A DNA stretch of 64,000 nt, from contig JAAVZL010000037.1 of the NCBI GenBank assembly GCA_022791635.1, positions 16,242 through 80,241 of the forward strand, read 5' to 3'. Below are positions 39,049-47,802 of the stretch, one piece after another; within the stretch, counting starts at the first letter, position 1; every line of letters begins with the position of its first letter. The translations under genes were made by a program, and so were the position numbers. The DNA comes from Lachnospiraceae bacterium. Its GTDB lineage: Bacteria; Bacillota; Clostridia; Lachnospirales; Lachnospiraceae. Below the pieces are notes generated by a model. The model saw only the letters and a program-made list of their open reading frames with translations, searched no databases and was not told the origin of the DNA.

Positions 39049-40479
39049 ATGAGAAAAATAGCGAAAGAGAAATGGCCGGAGCTGCTGTTTGTGGCTTTTG
39101 TTCTGGGCCTGTGGCTGTTCTGGGCCTTTATTTTGCCTTTTAATGAGGGACCGGATGAAAATATGCGCTCCCGGATCATTGAATATATCATAGGATACGG
39201 AGGACTTCCCACAGGCTATCAGCAGGAGATTATGGATTACTCCTGGGGGTTTACTTATGGTTTTCGTCCCATTCTTCCGCAGATTGTGGAGGCTTTTTTT
39301 ATTCGGATAGGAATGTTCTTTACCGGGGATGCCTTTTCTCTGCTGTTTATCGGCAGGCTTGCCAGTGTTCTTTGCGGCCTGGTCTTTATTGGCTATGTGC
39401 AGGCCATTGGCAGGAAGCTGTTTCAGGCAAGGGAGATTCAGTGGCTCTTTGTCCTGATGGTGGTGTGTCTTCCTCAGGCGGCTTTTCTGTTTACCTATCT
39501 GAACTGTGATTCTATGGCACTGATGGCTACGGCCATGATTACGTATTATCTCTTAAAGGGAAGGGAAGACTCCTTCTCTACGGGCACCTGTATCCGGCTG
39601 GCAGTGAGCCTTTCTATCTGTGTGCTGTCCTATTATAATGCCTACGGATTTTTGATTACCAGTGTACTGGTTTTCGGAGGCTCTTTTCTGGAGCGAAGCC
39701 GCAAGGGCGAGGACTGCTGGAAGGAATTCTGGAAAAAGGGCTTTTTGATCCTGGGCATTGTGCTGGTTCTGGCCGGCTGGTGGTTTGTGCGGAACTATTT
39801 CCTGTATGAGGGAGATATTCTGGGATTGCGGACGCAGAACGAATATGCAGAGCAGTACGCTATGGACGAGTTAAAGCCCTCCAACCGCCGGACTTATCGG
39901 AACCGGGGCCTTTCTATGGGAGATATGCTGTTTCGCTCTGACTGGGCTCCTTCTGTATTGAAAAGCTTTATCGGCGTGCTGGGGCCTCTGTGGTATGTGC
40001 TGCGTTGGTGGATGTACCTGGGTTATGGCCTGCTGTTTGCGGCGGGAGGCTTGGGGGCTTTTATAGGGCTTGTTTTGAGGCTTTTGGCATGGCGAAAGCA
40101 AAAGGGGCGGCGTACCCTGGATATGGCCGGTCTGTCCCTGCATTTGGGATTTTTGGTGGCGGTTCTGGTTCCCAATTTTTTGAATTTTTGGTATTCCTAT
40201 GCCACGGATTATCAGCCTCAGGGACGTTACAGCATGCCTATGCTGATTCCCTTTATGTACTATGTGGTCTGGGGGCTGGCCTTTTGGGTTAAGAGGCTTG
40301 GAAGGCTTGGAGGCGCTCTTTGGAGGCGTCTGCTTTTGTGGGCAGTCCGGCTGGTCTGTTTGTGGATTGCCGGCGTGTTTCTCTTCTGTGTGGTGCGGAT
40401 TATGTGGCCGGCTTACCGGGATGTGGAGGATAAATCTGTGGTAAAGATTTATACCATGGAGGAGCTTTTTGGCGAATAA
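39049..40479 (+). CDS. GT-C superfamily membrane glycosyltransferase (DUF2142/ArnT/PMT-like), paralog 1
   Basis: PFNEGPDE after TM1, YLNCD, SYYNAYG, WWFVRN, QPQGRY. Confidence 0.8.
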   Translation: MRKIAKEKWPELLFVAFVLGLWLFWAFILPFNEGPDENMRSRIIEYIIGYGGLPTGYQQEIMDYSWGFTYGFRPILPQIVEAFFIRIGMFFTGDAFSLLFIGRLASVLCGLVFIGYVQAIGRKLFQAREIQWLFVLMVVCLPQAAFLFTYLNCDSMALMATAMITYYLLKGREDSFSTGTCIRLAVSLSICVLSYYNAYGFLITSVLVFGGSFLERSRKGEDCWKEFWKKGFLILGIVLVLAGWWFVRNYFLYEGDILGLRTQNEYAEQYAMDELKPSNRRTYRNRGLSMGDMLFRSDWAPSVLKSFIGVLGPLWYVLRWWMYLGYGLLFAAGGLGAFIGLVLRLLAWRKQKGRRTLDMAGLSLHLGFLVAVLVPNFLNFWYSYATDYQPQGRYSMPMLIPFMYYVVWGLAFWVKRLGRLGGALWRRLLLWAVRLVCLWIAGVFLFCVVRIMWPAYRDVEDKSVVKIYTMEELFGE

Positions 40480-40560
40480 AGGGAGAGAAAGGCGAAGAGG
40501 CAAGCTTGTCTGAGGGCGGCAGAGCCCCCTATAATTTCATTAAATGGATGTGATAGGAGG

Positions 40561-41982
40561 ATGCGTATGGGACGGCTTATAAGAAAAAGCTGGCCGGAAG
40601 GGCTTTTATTTTTGTTTGTACTTGGAACCTGGCTGTTCTGGGCCTTTTTGCTTCCTCTCAATGAGGGGCCGGATGAAAATATGCGGCTTCAGATTGTGCA
40701 GTTTATTCTGGAATACCGGAAGCTTCCCACGGGCTGGCAGAAGGAGATTATGGATTATACCTGGGGCTTTACCTATGGGTTTCGTCCCATTTTGCCGCAG
40801 CTTTTGGAGGCGCTGTTTGTGTGGGGCGCGATGATGTTCACGAAGGATGCTTTTTCCCTGCTGTTTGCGGCAAGACTGGCAAGTATTTTTTGCGGCATTG
40901 TCTTTTTTTGGTATGTGTGGAAGCTTGGAGGCGTTTTCTTTGAGAAAAGGATTCATCGGCAGCTGTTTTTGATGCTGAATGTCTGTCTGCCTCAGTCTGT
41001 TTTTCTGTTTACCTATCTGAACTGTGATTCTATGGCGTTGATGGCTTCGGCTATGATTTTATATTATCTGTTAAGAGGAGAGAGGGATTCTTACTCGGTT
41101 CGGACTTGTATGTGTCTGGGAGGGAGTCTCTCTCTTTGTGTGCTGTCTTATTACAATGCGTATGGCTTTCTGGTTACCGGTGTACTGATTTTTGGCGGAT
41201 TTTTTCTGGACCGGATCAGAAAGGGAGAGAAGCGGCAGGGGGAGTTCTGGTGGAAGGGATTTTTGATTCTTGGCTTGGTGCTGGCTCTGACGGGCTGGTG
41301 GTTTGTGCGCAATTATAGGTTGTATGATGGGGATTTTTTGGGGTTAAAGACGCAAGAAGCCTGTGCACAGCGGTATGCGATGGATATCTTTAAGCCCTCG
41401 GGGAGGCGAAATGGCATGAATATGGGGATGTCTTTGGGGGACATGCTGTTTCGTACGGACTGGGTGATTCTGGTGTTTAAGGGATTTGTAGGGGTATTGG
41501 CGCCGCTTACCGAGGCCCGCAGGGACTGGATTTTTGTGGGGTATGGGCTTTTGTTTTTGGTTGGAGGCTTGGGGATTTTGTGGGAATGTGTTGGGGGGCT
41601 GCGGGGGAGGAGATGTTTGGATGTATTTGGGATTGGGGTTCATTTGGGGCTTGTGGTGGCGGTGGTATTGCCCAATGCTTTGAATGTTTGGTATTCGTAT
41701 TCTAATGATTATCAGCCTCAGGGGCGGTATAGTATGCCTATGCTGGTGCCTTTTATGTATTATGTGGTGCGGGGAGTGGGATTTTTTGGAACACGTGTGC
41801 AAGAGAGGTGGGGGGAGAGAGGGAAGAATTTTGGAAAGATTGCAGGGAGGCTTGTGTGCTGGTGGATGGTATTGGTGCTGGGGTTTTGCTCTCTTGGGAT
41901 TATGTGGCCGGCTTATCAGGATGTGGAGAATAAGGCGGAGGTGAGGGTTTATGGTTTGGAGGAGTTGTTTGGGGGGAGGTGA
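40561..41982 (+). CDS. GT-C superfamily membrane glycosyltransferase, paralog 2 (tandem duplicate)
   Basis: Same motifs as 39049-40479 and colinear with it. Confidence 0.8.
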   Translation: MRMGRLIRKSWPEGLLFLFVLGTWLFWAFLLPLNEGPDENMRLQIVQFILEYRKLPTGWQKEIMDYTWGFTYGFRPILPQLLEALFVWGAMMFTKDAFSLLFAARLASIFCGIVFFWYVWKLGGVFFEKRIHRQLFLMLNVCLPQSVFLFTYLNCDSMALMASAMILYYLLRGERDSYSVRTCMCLGGSLSLCVLSYYNAYGFLVTGVLIFGGFFLDRIRKGEKRQGEFWWKGFLILGLVLALTGWWFVRNYRLYDGDFLGLKTQEACAQRYAMDIFKPSGRRNGMNMGMSLGDMLFRTDWVILVFKGFVGVLAPLTEARRDWIFVGYGLLFLVGGLGILWECVGGLRGRRCLDVFGIGVHLGLVVAVVLPNALNVWYSYSNDYQPQGRYSMPMLVPFMYYVVRGVGFFGTRVQERWGERGKNFGKIAGRLVCWWMVLVLGFCSLGIMWPAYQDVENKAEVRVYGLEELFGGR

Positions 41983-41990
41983 GTGATGGA

Positions 41991-42137
41991 GGACGGACAT
42001 TTACTTTTGAAGGATTTTGTTGAAACGGAAGGTGTTTTTAGGAAATGTTCGTCCATATCAGACAGCCTGTAAGCGAACAGCCGGACACATGATATTGGAA
42101 AAGTCTGCTGTCTTCTTTTGCGGCACCCACTGCCCTG
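41991..42137 (-). repeat. Palindromic element family 3, degraded copy oriented opposite to 44515
   Basis: GGACGGACATT...AATGTTCGTCC..CAGACAGC..GCGAACAGCCGGACAC..GATATTGGAAA matches the reverse complement of the 44515 copy. Confidence 0.72.
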
Positions 42138-42515
42138 GTGGCTTAGGATATATGGAAGAAAGAATAGTCCCATAAATGGGAGGATGCCAGGCAGCTGGTC
42201 TGCCTGGCATTTATTATGAAAAAGTTTATTCAAAAAATAGTAATTGCTTACTAGGGACTGTCTTGTTGTTTTTTGTCTTGCTTTATCTTATGGTCTTATT
42301 ATATGGAATAGAAATGAATGGATTATGTTAATCAATTTAACGATTTTTAAAAGATGTGTGAATAAAATGTGAACGTGGTAACGGTTGGTTTCGTTTGGGT
42401 ATGAAATAGGGATTCTGTGTGTTTGTGTTGGTGTTAGGAGATGAAACTCCTAAATTTTGTGAAAGTTTTAAGAAATATTGTATATGGTTCGAAAATTTTT
42501 TAGAACTTCCCACCA

Positions 42516-42603
42516 TTGACATTTTAAATGAGGAGGGTATAATAAGGGGCATATCAAAGGAGATTTTGGTGAGCATTGGCTGCTTACAAAAATCTCCTTT
42601 TTT
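42516..42603 (+). promoter_or_regulatory. Promoter plus ANTAR-like hairpin/terminator leader of the amt gene
   Basis: TTGACA-16bp-TATAAT; ATC-AAAGGA-GAT hexaloop overlapping the terminator AAAGGAGATTTT/AAAATCTCCTTT+T. Confidence 0.6.
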
Positions 42604-42645
42604 ATGTATATGGGCGCCCAGAGGAAGCTGACGGGCGCCCGGCGC
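42599..42645 (+). repeat. Element family 4
   Basis: TTTTTATGTATATGGGCGCCCAGAGGAAGCTGACGGGCGCCC. Confidence 0.65.
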
Positions 42646-42728
42646 CGGGCAGAGAAGATGCTTTTTTGCCCCGGTTAAGAGGGTGGCCACCCGTATTGCT
42701 TTGAGTAAACATACGAGGAGGAAATGTT

Positions 42729-44477
42729 ATGACAGAAGAAATCATGAACACGGTAAGCAGCCAGATCTTCGCAGTCTGGTTTCTCATAGGAGCAGCTTTG
42801 GTTTTTTGGATGCAGGCAGGCTTTGCCATGGTAGAGACAGGTTTTACCCGGGCAAAGAATGCAGGAAATATTTTGATGAAAAATCTGATGGATTTCTGTA
42901 TCGGGACCGTCGTGTTTATCCTGATCGGCTTTGGCCTGCTGTTGGGCGAGGATTTGATGGGCTTTATCGGAAAGCCCGGCTTTGATATCTTCACAGCTTA
43001 TGAGTCCTTTGACTGGTCCAATTTCGTATTCAACCTGGTATTTTGCGCCACCACGGCAACAATCGTTTCCGGCGCCATGGCAGAGCGCACCAAATTTTTA
43101 TCCTACTGTGTCTATTCGGCGGTGATTTCCGCCGTAATCTATCCCATAGAGGCCCACTGGATCTGGGGCGGCGGCTGGCTGGCCCAGATGGGCTTCCACG
43201 ACTTCGCAGGCTCCTGCGCCATCCACATGGTAGGAGGCATCTCCGCCCTCATCGGCGCCAAGCTTCTCGGACCGCGAATCGGCAAATTTACCAGAGACAA
43301 GAGCGGTAAAGTCACCAAAGTCAATGCCTTTCCGGGCCACAATCTGCCCATCGGCTGTCTGGGCGTATTCATCCTCTGGCTAGGCTGGTACGGCTTCAAC
43401 GGAGCCGCGGCCACAAGCGTAGAGCAGTTAGGCTCCATCTTCGTAACCACCACAATCGCCCCGGCCATAGCCACCGTCGTATGCATGATATTCACCTGGA
43501 TCAAATACGGAAAGCCCGACGTATCCATGTGCCTCAACGCATCCCTGGCAGGCCTGGTAGCAATCACCGCCCCCTGCGACGTCACTGACGTCACCGGAGC
43601 CCTGATCATCGGCGCCGTAGCTGGCCTGCTGGTAGTCTTCGGCGTCTGGTTTCTGGACTATAAGCTTCACATCGACGATCCCGTAGGAGCCGTAGCCGTA
43701 CATTGCCTAAACGGCATCTGGGGAACCCTGGCCACCGGCCTCTTCGCCACCACCACCGCCCCTGGCAACGACAGCCTCACAGGCCTCTTTTACGGCGGCG
43801 GCTTTGACCTCCTGGGCAAACAGCTCATTGGCTTCGCAGCCGTAGCCGCCTGGACGACCATCACCATCACCATTGCATTTTTAATCATCAAAGCCACCAT
43901 CGGCCTCCGGGTATCCGAGGAAGAAGAAATCGTAGGCCTGGATTCCTGCGAGCACGGTCTCCCTTCCGCCTACGCCGGCTTCAGCATCATGGACATCGCC
44001 AACACCATGACCATGGAAATAAACGAAAACACCAACCTGGGCGTAGAAGACTACGAAGCAGCCTCCAACACCCAGCGGGAAGCCGCCGTGAAGGTCGTAA
44101 CCCCTCCCGTCTCTTCCGACTCCGGCATCTACAAGGTATCCATCATCGCCAAGCTGTCCCGCTATGACAAGCTGAAGAAAGCCATGAACGATATCGGCGT
44201 AACTGGTATGACAGTCACCCAAGTTATGGGCTGCGGCGTCCAAAAAGGAGCAGGTGAGCGCTACCGCGGCGTAGAAATGGACGCCACCCTCCTCCCAAAG
44301 GTAAAGGTAGAAGTCATTGTAGGCAACATCCCGGTAAATAAAGTCATAGAGACCGCCAAAAAAGTCCTCTACACCGGCCACATCGGCGACGGCAAAATCT
44401 TCGTCTACAACGTAGACCGCGTCGTAAAAGTCCGCACCGGCGAGGAAGACCTGGCAGCCCTCCAGGACGTAGAATAA
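42729..44477 (+). CDS. amtB: Ammonium transporter fused to a C-terminal P-II (GlnK/GlnB) domain
   Basis: MQAGF, SGAMAER, HWIWGGGW, DFAGS..IH, WYGFN, IDDPVGAVAVH; then GMTV..VMGCGVQKG..YRG..LLPKVKVE..TGHIGDGKIF..RTGE. Confidence 0.93.
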   Translation: MTEEIMNTVSSQIFAVWFLIGAALVFWMQAGFAMVETGFTRAKNAGNILMKNLMDFCIGTVVFILIGFGLLLGEDLMGFIGKPGFDIFTAYESFDWSNFVFNLVFCATTATIVSGAMAERTKFLSYCVYSAVISAVIYPIEAHWIWGGGWLAQMGFHDFAGSCAIHMVGGISALIGAKLLGPRIGKFTRDKSGKVTKVNAFPGHNLPIGCLGVFILWLGWYGFNGAAATSVEQLGSIFVTTTIAPAIATVVCMIFTWIKYGKPDVSMCLNASLAGLVAITAPCDVTDVTGALIIGAVAGLLVVFGVWFLDYKLHIDDPVGAVAVHCLNGIWGTLATGLFATTTAPGNDSLTGLFYGGGFDLLGKQLIGFAAVAAWTTITITIAFLIIKATIGLRVSEEEEIVGLDSCEHGLPSAYAGFSIMDIANTMTMEINENTNLGVEDYEAASNTQREAAVKVVTPPVSSDSGIYKVSIIAKLSRYDKLKKAMNDIGVTGMTVTQVMGCGVQKGAGERYRGVEMDATLLPKVKVEVIVGNIPVNKVIETAKKVLYTGHIGDGKIFVYNVDRVVKVRTGEEDLAALQDVE

Positions 44478-44514
44478 ACTTTTAGGTAGAAAAGCACTTA
44501 ACAATACAAAACCA

Positions 44515-44710
44515 GGGAGCAAGACAGGCTGAGGGATTTCCGATATCCGGTGTCCGGCTGTTCGCGAACGCGCTGTCTGCCCCGGACGGACATTACCAAG
44601 AAACCAAAAACCAGAAACATCTTCTAAGGTAATGTCCGTCCGGGGCAGACAGCGTGTACGCGAACCGTCCGAACACAGGATATGGAAATCCCTCAGCCTG
44701 TCTTGCTCCC
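44515..44710 (+). repeat. Palindromic element family 3, full-length 196-bp copy
   Basis: Two perfect 27-bp arm pairs (44515-44541/44684-44710 and 44571-44597/44628-44654) flanking an imperfect conserved core. Confidence 0.9.
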
Positions 44711-44825
44711 GTCCGTTCCGCCCCATACATACTTTACACACATTTTACAAATACTGCGACTATATTTTACAAAAACCTGCTACCCTCATAGTACCCAAAA
44801 CAAACGAAAAAAGGGAGGCACACAC

Positions 44826-46472
44826 ATGGCTCACATCGAAATGCTATTCCGCTTCATCGGCGGCCTTGGAATGTTCCTGTACGGAATGAATGTTATGGCA
44901 GACGGACTGCAAAAATCCGCAGGAGGATCCATGCGCCATCTACTAGGCATCCTGACCCAAAACCGCATCCTGGGAATCCTCCTCGGCGCCATCGTCACCG
45001 CAGTCATTCAAAGCAGCTCTGCCACCACCGTTATGGTAGTAGGCTTCGTAAACGCCGGTCTCATGAACCTGACCCAAGCAGTCGGCATCATCATGGGAGC
45101 CAACATCGGAACCACCATCACCGCCTGGATTGTATCCATGAGCGAATGGGGAAGCATCCTGAAGCCCGAATTCTTCGCCCCCCTGCTCATCGGAATCGGC
45201 GCCTTCCTGATCCTCTTTTCCAAAAAAGAAAAACCCAGAGAACTAAGCGAGATCCTCATGGGCTTCGGCCTTCTCTTCATCGGCTTAAACTTCATGTCCG
45301 GCGCCATCACCCCCTACCGTGACGCCCCCATCTTCTCCGAAGCATTCCGCATCCTTGGCAGCAACCCTGTCCTGGGCATCCTCACCGGGCTTGTGGTAAC
45401 GGCTGTCATCCAAAGCTCCTCTGCCTCCGTAGGAATCCTCCAGACCCTGGCGGCCAACGGCGTAGTAACCTGGAACTCCGCCATTTATATCACCCTGGGT
45501 CAGAACATCGGAACCTGCATAACAGCGCTGCTGTCAAGCCTTGGAGCACAGCGCACAGCCAAGCGTGCAGCCGTTATCCATCTCCTCTTTAACGTAACGG
45601 GCGCCCTGCTCTTCGGAGGAGTCATGTTCGGAATCTTTTCCCTGAATCAGACCCTGGCAGCCGCCCCCATAAACAGCGTACAGATCTCCGTCTTTCACAC
45701 GGTTTTTAATATAACCAACACCATCCTTCTGTACCCTTTTGCCGGCTGGCTGGTCAAAATGTCCGGAATGCTCATAAAGGGAGAAGAGGAAGCCCAGGAA
45801 GAAGAAAGCTTCCCCTTGCCGCATCTGGACGAGCGTATTTTAGAGACTCCTTCCTTTGCAGTGGAGCATGCGGCAAAGGAGGTCGTGCGAATGGGAGAGC
45901 TGTCCTGCCGCCATGCGAATATGGTCTTTGAGGCCGTCCGCACAGGAAATCAAAAACGAGTTGACAAAGCTTATCAATTAGAAGAAACTATGAATAAATA
46001 CGAGAGACAGATGACGGAATACCTGGCCAAAATCGGCAAAGCCTCCCTGACCGATCAGCAGAGACAAGTGGTGGGCAATCTGCTCTACACCGTGGGAGAC
46101 ATTGAGCGAATGAGCGATCACTGTGATAACATTGCAGAAATGGCGGAACAGATGATTAAGGAAAGACTGACCTTTTCTATGGAAGCCATGCATGATCTGG
46201 AAGAAATCGAGAGCCTGACGCTGGACGCGATGAAAGCATCCGTTCTGGCCAGGCAGACAGAGAAAATGGCCTATGTTCAGCAGACCATACAGCTGGAGGA
46301 CGAGGTAGACGATCTGGAAGAGGATTTGCGGGAAAAGCATATAGAACGCCTGACCCGAAATCAGTGTTCCGCAGCAAGAGGCGTAATTTATCTGGATATC
46401 TTGAACAACATAGAACGAATCTCCGACCATGCCAACAACATTGCAGGCTATGTGGCGGATGAAATACAATAA
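44826..46472 (+). CDS. Na/Pi cotransporter family protein with PhoU-like C-terminus
   Basis: GGLGMFLYGM, QSSS x2, GANIGTT, GQNIGT, ERISDH; ATG after GGAGG. Confidence 0.93.
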   Translation: MAHIEMLFRFIGGLGMFLYGMNVMADGLQKSAGGSMRHLLGILTQNRILGILLGAIVTAVIQSSSATTVMVVGFVNAGLMNLTQAVGIIMGANIGTTITAWIVSMSEWGSILKPEFFAPLLIGIGAFLILFSKKEKPRELSEILMGFGLLFIGLNFMSGAITPYRDAPIFSEAFRILGSNPVLGILTGLVVTAVIQSSSASVGILQTLAANGVVTWNSAIYITLGQNIGTCITALLSSLGAQRTAKRAAVIHLLFNVTGALLFGGVMFGIFSLNQTLAAAPINSVQISVFHTVFNITNTILLYPFAGWLVKMSGMLIKGEEEAQEEESFPLPHLDERILETPSFAVEHAAKEVVRMGELSCRHANMVFEAVRTGNQKRVDKAYQLEETMNKYERQMTEYLAKIGKASLTDQQRQVVGNLLYTVGDIERMSDHCDNIAEMAEQMIKERLTFSMEAMHDLEEIESLTLDAMKASVLARQTEKMAYVQQTIQLEDEVDDLEEDLREKHIERLTRNQCSAARGVIYLDILNNIERISDHANNIAGYVADEIQ

Positions 46473-46481
46473 AGGAGAAGT

Positions 46482-47795
46482 ATGAATTTAAAGAAAAAAT
46501 TTCTGATAGGGTATGCAATAGCAGCAGTGGCGGCTCTTTTGGCTTTTGAATATGCCTTCTGGAGCAATGGATTTACTTACCTGGAAAAGCAGAGTGCGGC
46601 CGGATATCTGACGCAGACAGAAATGCTTCGTGATATTTTGCTGGCAGAGTCCAGGTCGGAGGGGATAGCTTTGGAGGAGAAGCTTGAGGCCTTTGCAGAG
46701 GAATACGGCGAAGCATATCAGATTCGGATTACTATCATTGATGATGAGGGCAGAGTACTCGGAGAATCCGACGGACCGGGACCGGACATGAGCAACCATT
46801 TGGATCGGGAAGAAGTGCAGAGGGCGCTGAAGGGAGAAAGCAACAGCATCATCCGGCGCTCCGCCACCTTTGGGCTGGATTACTGCTACTGCGCCGTTCC
46901 TTTAAGGGAGGGAAATTTCCGGGGAGTGATCCGCACGGCCATTCCCATGGAGGAGCTGCGGAATATGGACGATGAGTTCCTGCGCTCCACGTTGCTGGCG
47001 ACTGCAATCCTTTTGCTGCTGGTGCTGTCACTTGTCATGTATTTTCGGAAATATGTGTCTGCCATGAGAGCGGTTGAGAATCAGCGCCGGGAATTTGTCT
47101 CCAATGTGACCCACGAGCTGAGAACCCCGCTGACCTCCATCCGGGGCTTTGTGGAAACCCTGAAAAACGGGGCAATGGAGGATCCGGACCGCGCAGAGAG
47201 ATTTCTGGACATTATCGACATTGAGACAGAGCGTCTGGGAAATCTCATTGATGATATCCTGCTTCTTTCCGAGATCGAGAGCAAAAAGGATATTCCACAA
47301 AAGCCCTGTGATGTAAATGAAGTGATTTGGGAGGTAACGGAGCTGCTGGCGCCAAAGGTAAAGCCACACGTGCGTTTACTTTTTACGCCGGATCCCGGAG
47401 TGCGGCCCTTTACCTGCAATCGGGATCGGATAAAGCAGCTTCTCATCAATCTGGTGGACAACGGGCTCAAGGCCACGGAATTCGGTGCGGTGACCATTTC
47501 CTGTAAAAGCACGGCCAGCCATCTGATTCTGGAGATTGCCGATACGGGAATCGGTATGGAGGCAGAGCAGACAGAGCGCATCTTTGAGCGGTTTTACCGG
47601 GTGGATAAGGGGAGATCCCGCTCCCAGGGCGGTACGGGATTAGGTCTGTCCATTGTGAAGCATATTGTGGAGCTCTACAAGGGCGCCATTCAGGTGGAGA
47701 GCAAGCCGGGGGAAGGGACTACATTCCGGGTGGAGCTGCCCTATTTTGAAAAGCATTCGGATAAGAGGTATGGCAATAGAAAAAGGAGTGAATGA
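46482..47795 (+). CDS. PhoR-like sensor histidine kinase
   Basis: NHLDREEV extracellular motif, HELRTPL, NLVDNG, DTGIG, FERFYRVDKGRSR, GTGLGL. Confidence 0.88.
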   Translation: MNLKKKFLIGYAIAAVAALLAFEYAFWSNGFTYLEKQSAAGYLTQTEMLRDILLAESRSEGIALEEKLEAFAEEYGEAYQIRITIIDDEGRVLGESDGPGPDMSNHLDREEVQRALKGESNSIIRRSATFGLDYCYCAVPLREGNFRGVIRTAIPMEELRNMDDEFLRSTLLATAILLLLVLSLVMYFRKYVSAMRAVENQRREFVSNVTHELRTPLTSIRGFVETLKNGAMEDPDRAERFLDIIDIETERLGNLIDDILLLSEIESKKDIPQKPCDVNEVIWEVTELLAPKVKPHVRLLFTPDPGVRPFTCNRDRIKQLLINLVDNGLKATEFGAVTISCKSTASHLILEIADTGIGMEAEQTERIFERFYRVDKGRSRSQGGTGLGLSIVKHIVELYKGAIQVESKPGEGTTFRVELPYFEKHSDKRYGNRKRSE

Positions 47796-47802
47796 GAATT
47801 AC

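Noticed and set aside
44682-44825. N-terminal extension of the Na/Pi ORF (similar extensions at 1714, 10733, 28615, 36676, 47665)
   Set aside because: The upstream frame runs through repeat or intergenic DNA; RBS-supported starts lie downstream.
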